Origin: Magallana gigas
Taxonomy: Eukaryota
DNA length: 64,000 nucleotides
Assembly (NCBI RefSeq): GCF_963853765.1
Contig: NC_088854.1
Coordinates: 43,586,001-43,650,000 of the forward strand
Reading direction: 5' to 3'
This document shows, piece by piece, positions 61,956-64,000 of this stretch. The notes beneath the pieces were generated by a model. That model searched no databases and was not told where the DNA came from. It saw nothing but the letters and a program-made list of their open reading frames with translations. Every line of letters starts with the position of its first letter. Within the stretch, counting starts at the first letter, position 1. The translations under genes were made by a program, and so were the position numbers.

Positions 61956-63362
61956 TTATTCGATCACCTGAGTCACTTGGTTGACCTATTGCAATTGGTT
62001 TTCGTCAGTAGTCATGCGATGTGCATCATTCGTTAACAATTTTAACTTCTTCTTGAAAACTACAAGGACAATTGTAACAATTTTTGGTGTGAAGCATCTT
62101 TATGGTAAGAGGAATCTAAATGTAAAATTCATGGCTCTACCACCTCCACTGTGTCATAGGTGGGGCCAAATATGCAAAAACAAAAAAGCCAAATTTTCAA
62201 AAATCTTCTCGATTCCCACACATGTGGGGGAAAAACTAAATGCACGATTATGCCTATGAAGCCCTCTACCAAAATTTGTGAAATTCATCGCCCCTGGGTC
62301 AGGGGTTCAGGCCCTAGGGTGGGGCCAATATGACCATATGATAAAATTAAATCTTAAAAAATCTACCTCTTTACTCCCTTAAATATTCGAGAACGAAATG
62401 CATCGTTGAGAACGAAATGCATCGTTAGGATCTCCATGAGGCCCTCTACTAAAATTGTGAAATTCATGACCCCTAGGCCAAGGGTTCAGGCCATAGAATG
62501 GGGCCAATATGGCTTATAGTAAAAATGTATTTTAAAATCTTAAAAAATCTTAAAAAATCTTTAAAAATCATCTTCTTCACTCCAATATATATTTGAGAAA
62601 AACTAAATGCATGGTTATGATGTCCATGAAATCTTCTACCGGTACTTAAAAATTATGAAATTCATGATCAGGGGTACAAGCCGTAGGGCGGGGCTAATGT
62701 AGCCATATAGGGAAAATGTAATAAATCTTCTTTACTCCCTATATACGTACATGTACATGTTTTTGAAAAAAGTATTGCATGGATATGATGTCCATGAAGC
62801 TATCTACCTAAATAGAGGGAGGGGGGGGGGGGTAAATATGCCATATATTGAACATACATGTATAATTTTACTTGAGGTAATTGAAATGTGTCATACAAGT
62901 TGAACTTTATCTTTAGAAAAATATGTTGAATTGTCATTTGGCAATATTGAATTAGATATATGTTCTATTTTAGGAAATCTATCTAATTATCCTTTACATT
63001 GTACACTTTTGGAAACAAGCTATATGCATTGCGGTGCATTATAAATGAAACTGTGAATATAATAAAAGATTGACCATTAAAGGCCTGCAGGTCTCTTATT
63101 ACCAAGAATTTTGGCCCCTGAAGCCAAGGTATAGATAATCGAGATCCCTCCAACTCTTATACTCCCAATCCACCTTTTTATGAATGAATATTTTTCAATC
63201 ATCAAAAATAAAAGCAGGGTATGTTCAGTCAGAGGAGTCTCAGATTAAGGTTTAGACTTCAAAATGAAGCTTAAAATGCAAACATGAGACTTTCTGCAGC
63301 TGACATGTCGATCTGAGGGATATTGGACTCGGGTGACCGTCAAGGCCTGAGGGCCTCTTGTT
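61956..63362 (+). mobile_element. Helentron-associated non-autonomous element (HINE) carrying a ~166-200-bp tandem satellite
   Basis: 5' TCACCTGAGTCAC..GTTGACCTATTGC. About four tandem units sharing ATGAAGCCCTCTACCAAAATTGTGAAATTCATG.CCCCTGGG.CAGGGGTTCAGGCCCTAGGG.GGGGCCAATATG (62240-62790). 3' TCGGGTGACCG plus hairpin AAGGCCTGAGGGCCTCTT and terminal GTT. Resembles the Crassostrea Cg170-bearing Helitrons (recalled). Confidence 0.8.
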
Positions 63363-63539
63363 GGATTTGATCACGCCCCAACCGTATTTGAGCACCTCAT
63401 AATACTTTTAAAAAAATTATTTCTTAAACATTTGCAGGCCAATAATTAGCAATAACCATTTTAGGGGAGAAAATTATTTTCGAATTGTGTTATTTAGTTC
63501 CAAACTTTAGACTTAAAACTTTGTTAATTTTACGACGAT

Positions 63540-63762
63540 TAACAAACAAAATCTACGACTTATATTGACATCTTCCGTTGGCACGGATGCTAGCGCGAGG
63601 GGGTGTCATTGATGAGGGAGGACGCTGTAGTGCCCGAAAAAAAACCACTTGTCCAACCATACCACCATGCTCTATCATATACAACCGCTGTCGATCACAG
63701 GGATCGAACACGAGTGCAGCGGGGAGAAGCGAGTGCATTGCCCACTACGATACTTGGATATC
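63540..63762 (-). mobile_element. tRNA-derived SINE
   Basis: Minus strand: A-box-like TAGTGGGCAATGC, B-box GTTCGATCCC, a core GTGGTTTTTTTTCGGGCACTACAGCGTCCTCCC resembling the GGTTTTCTCCGGGTACTCCGGTTTCCTCCC domain of molluscan SINEs, and an AT/T-rich tail. Confidence 0.6.
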
Positions 63763-64000
63763 CTCTATAATCAATAATATTGGCAAATCATGGTTGCTAG
63801 GCTACCATACACATATTTCTAGAGCGTCTACATGCATGTCTGTGTTTCATAATTGAGACAGTCTAATATAGATATGGAAATGGGAACATGATACTCTATA
63901 CTTTTCACTAATATGACCTTGAACGTTTAGCTTACTGAGTAAATCCTTTTCTAGATCTTGGATGTAACTTTATTGCCAATAAATCATTTACTAAAACTAT

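Noticed and set aside
63553-63856. ORFs 63553-63738 (-) and 63578-63856 (+) as exons of a next gene
   Set aside because: The GC-rich patch is better explained as a tRNA-derived SINE with A/B boxes and a core domain.

Overview
AT-rich, intron-rich animal genomic DNA. The repeat content (a Helentron/HINE-like element with a ~166-200 bp internal satellite, tRNA-derived TRIMs and many TA-flanked MITEs) suggests an oyster-like bivalve; this is an inference. I reconstructed eight spliced host genes by hand: the 3' end of an unidentified gene (+, to 1865), an uncharacterised probably ciliary gene (-, 2385-13391), ZNHIT6/BCD1 (-), PSMB7 (+), FAM78 (-), PLPP6/7 (+), NEK6/7 (-) and NUP214 (+, last exon not located). 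The last five match genes clustered on human 9q33-34. The most striking object is an apparently intact 5145-bp cut-and-paste transposon (26548-31692) in the PLPP6/7 intron, with 12-bp TIRs and a perfect target-site duplication. Its 1010-aa DDE transposase ends in a domain resembling the H3K4me3-reading second Tudor (Spin/Ssty) repeat of Spindlin. Two copies of a non-autonomous LTR element with tRNA-like LTRs (Helenus/TRIMp3 type) sit in the first introns of PSMB7 and NUP214. There is a 129-nt assembly gap at 47105-47233. All coordinates and protein comparisons were made by eye or from memory; no searches were run.
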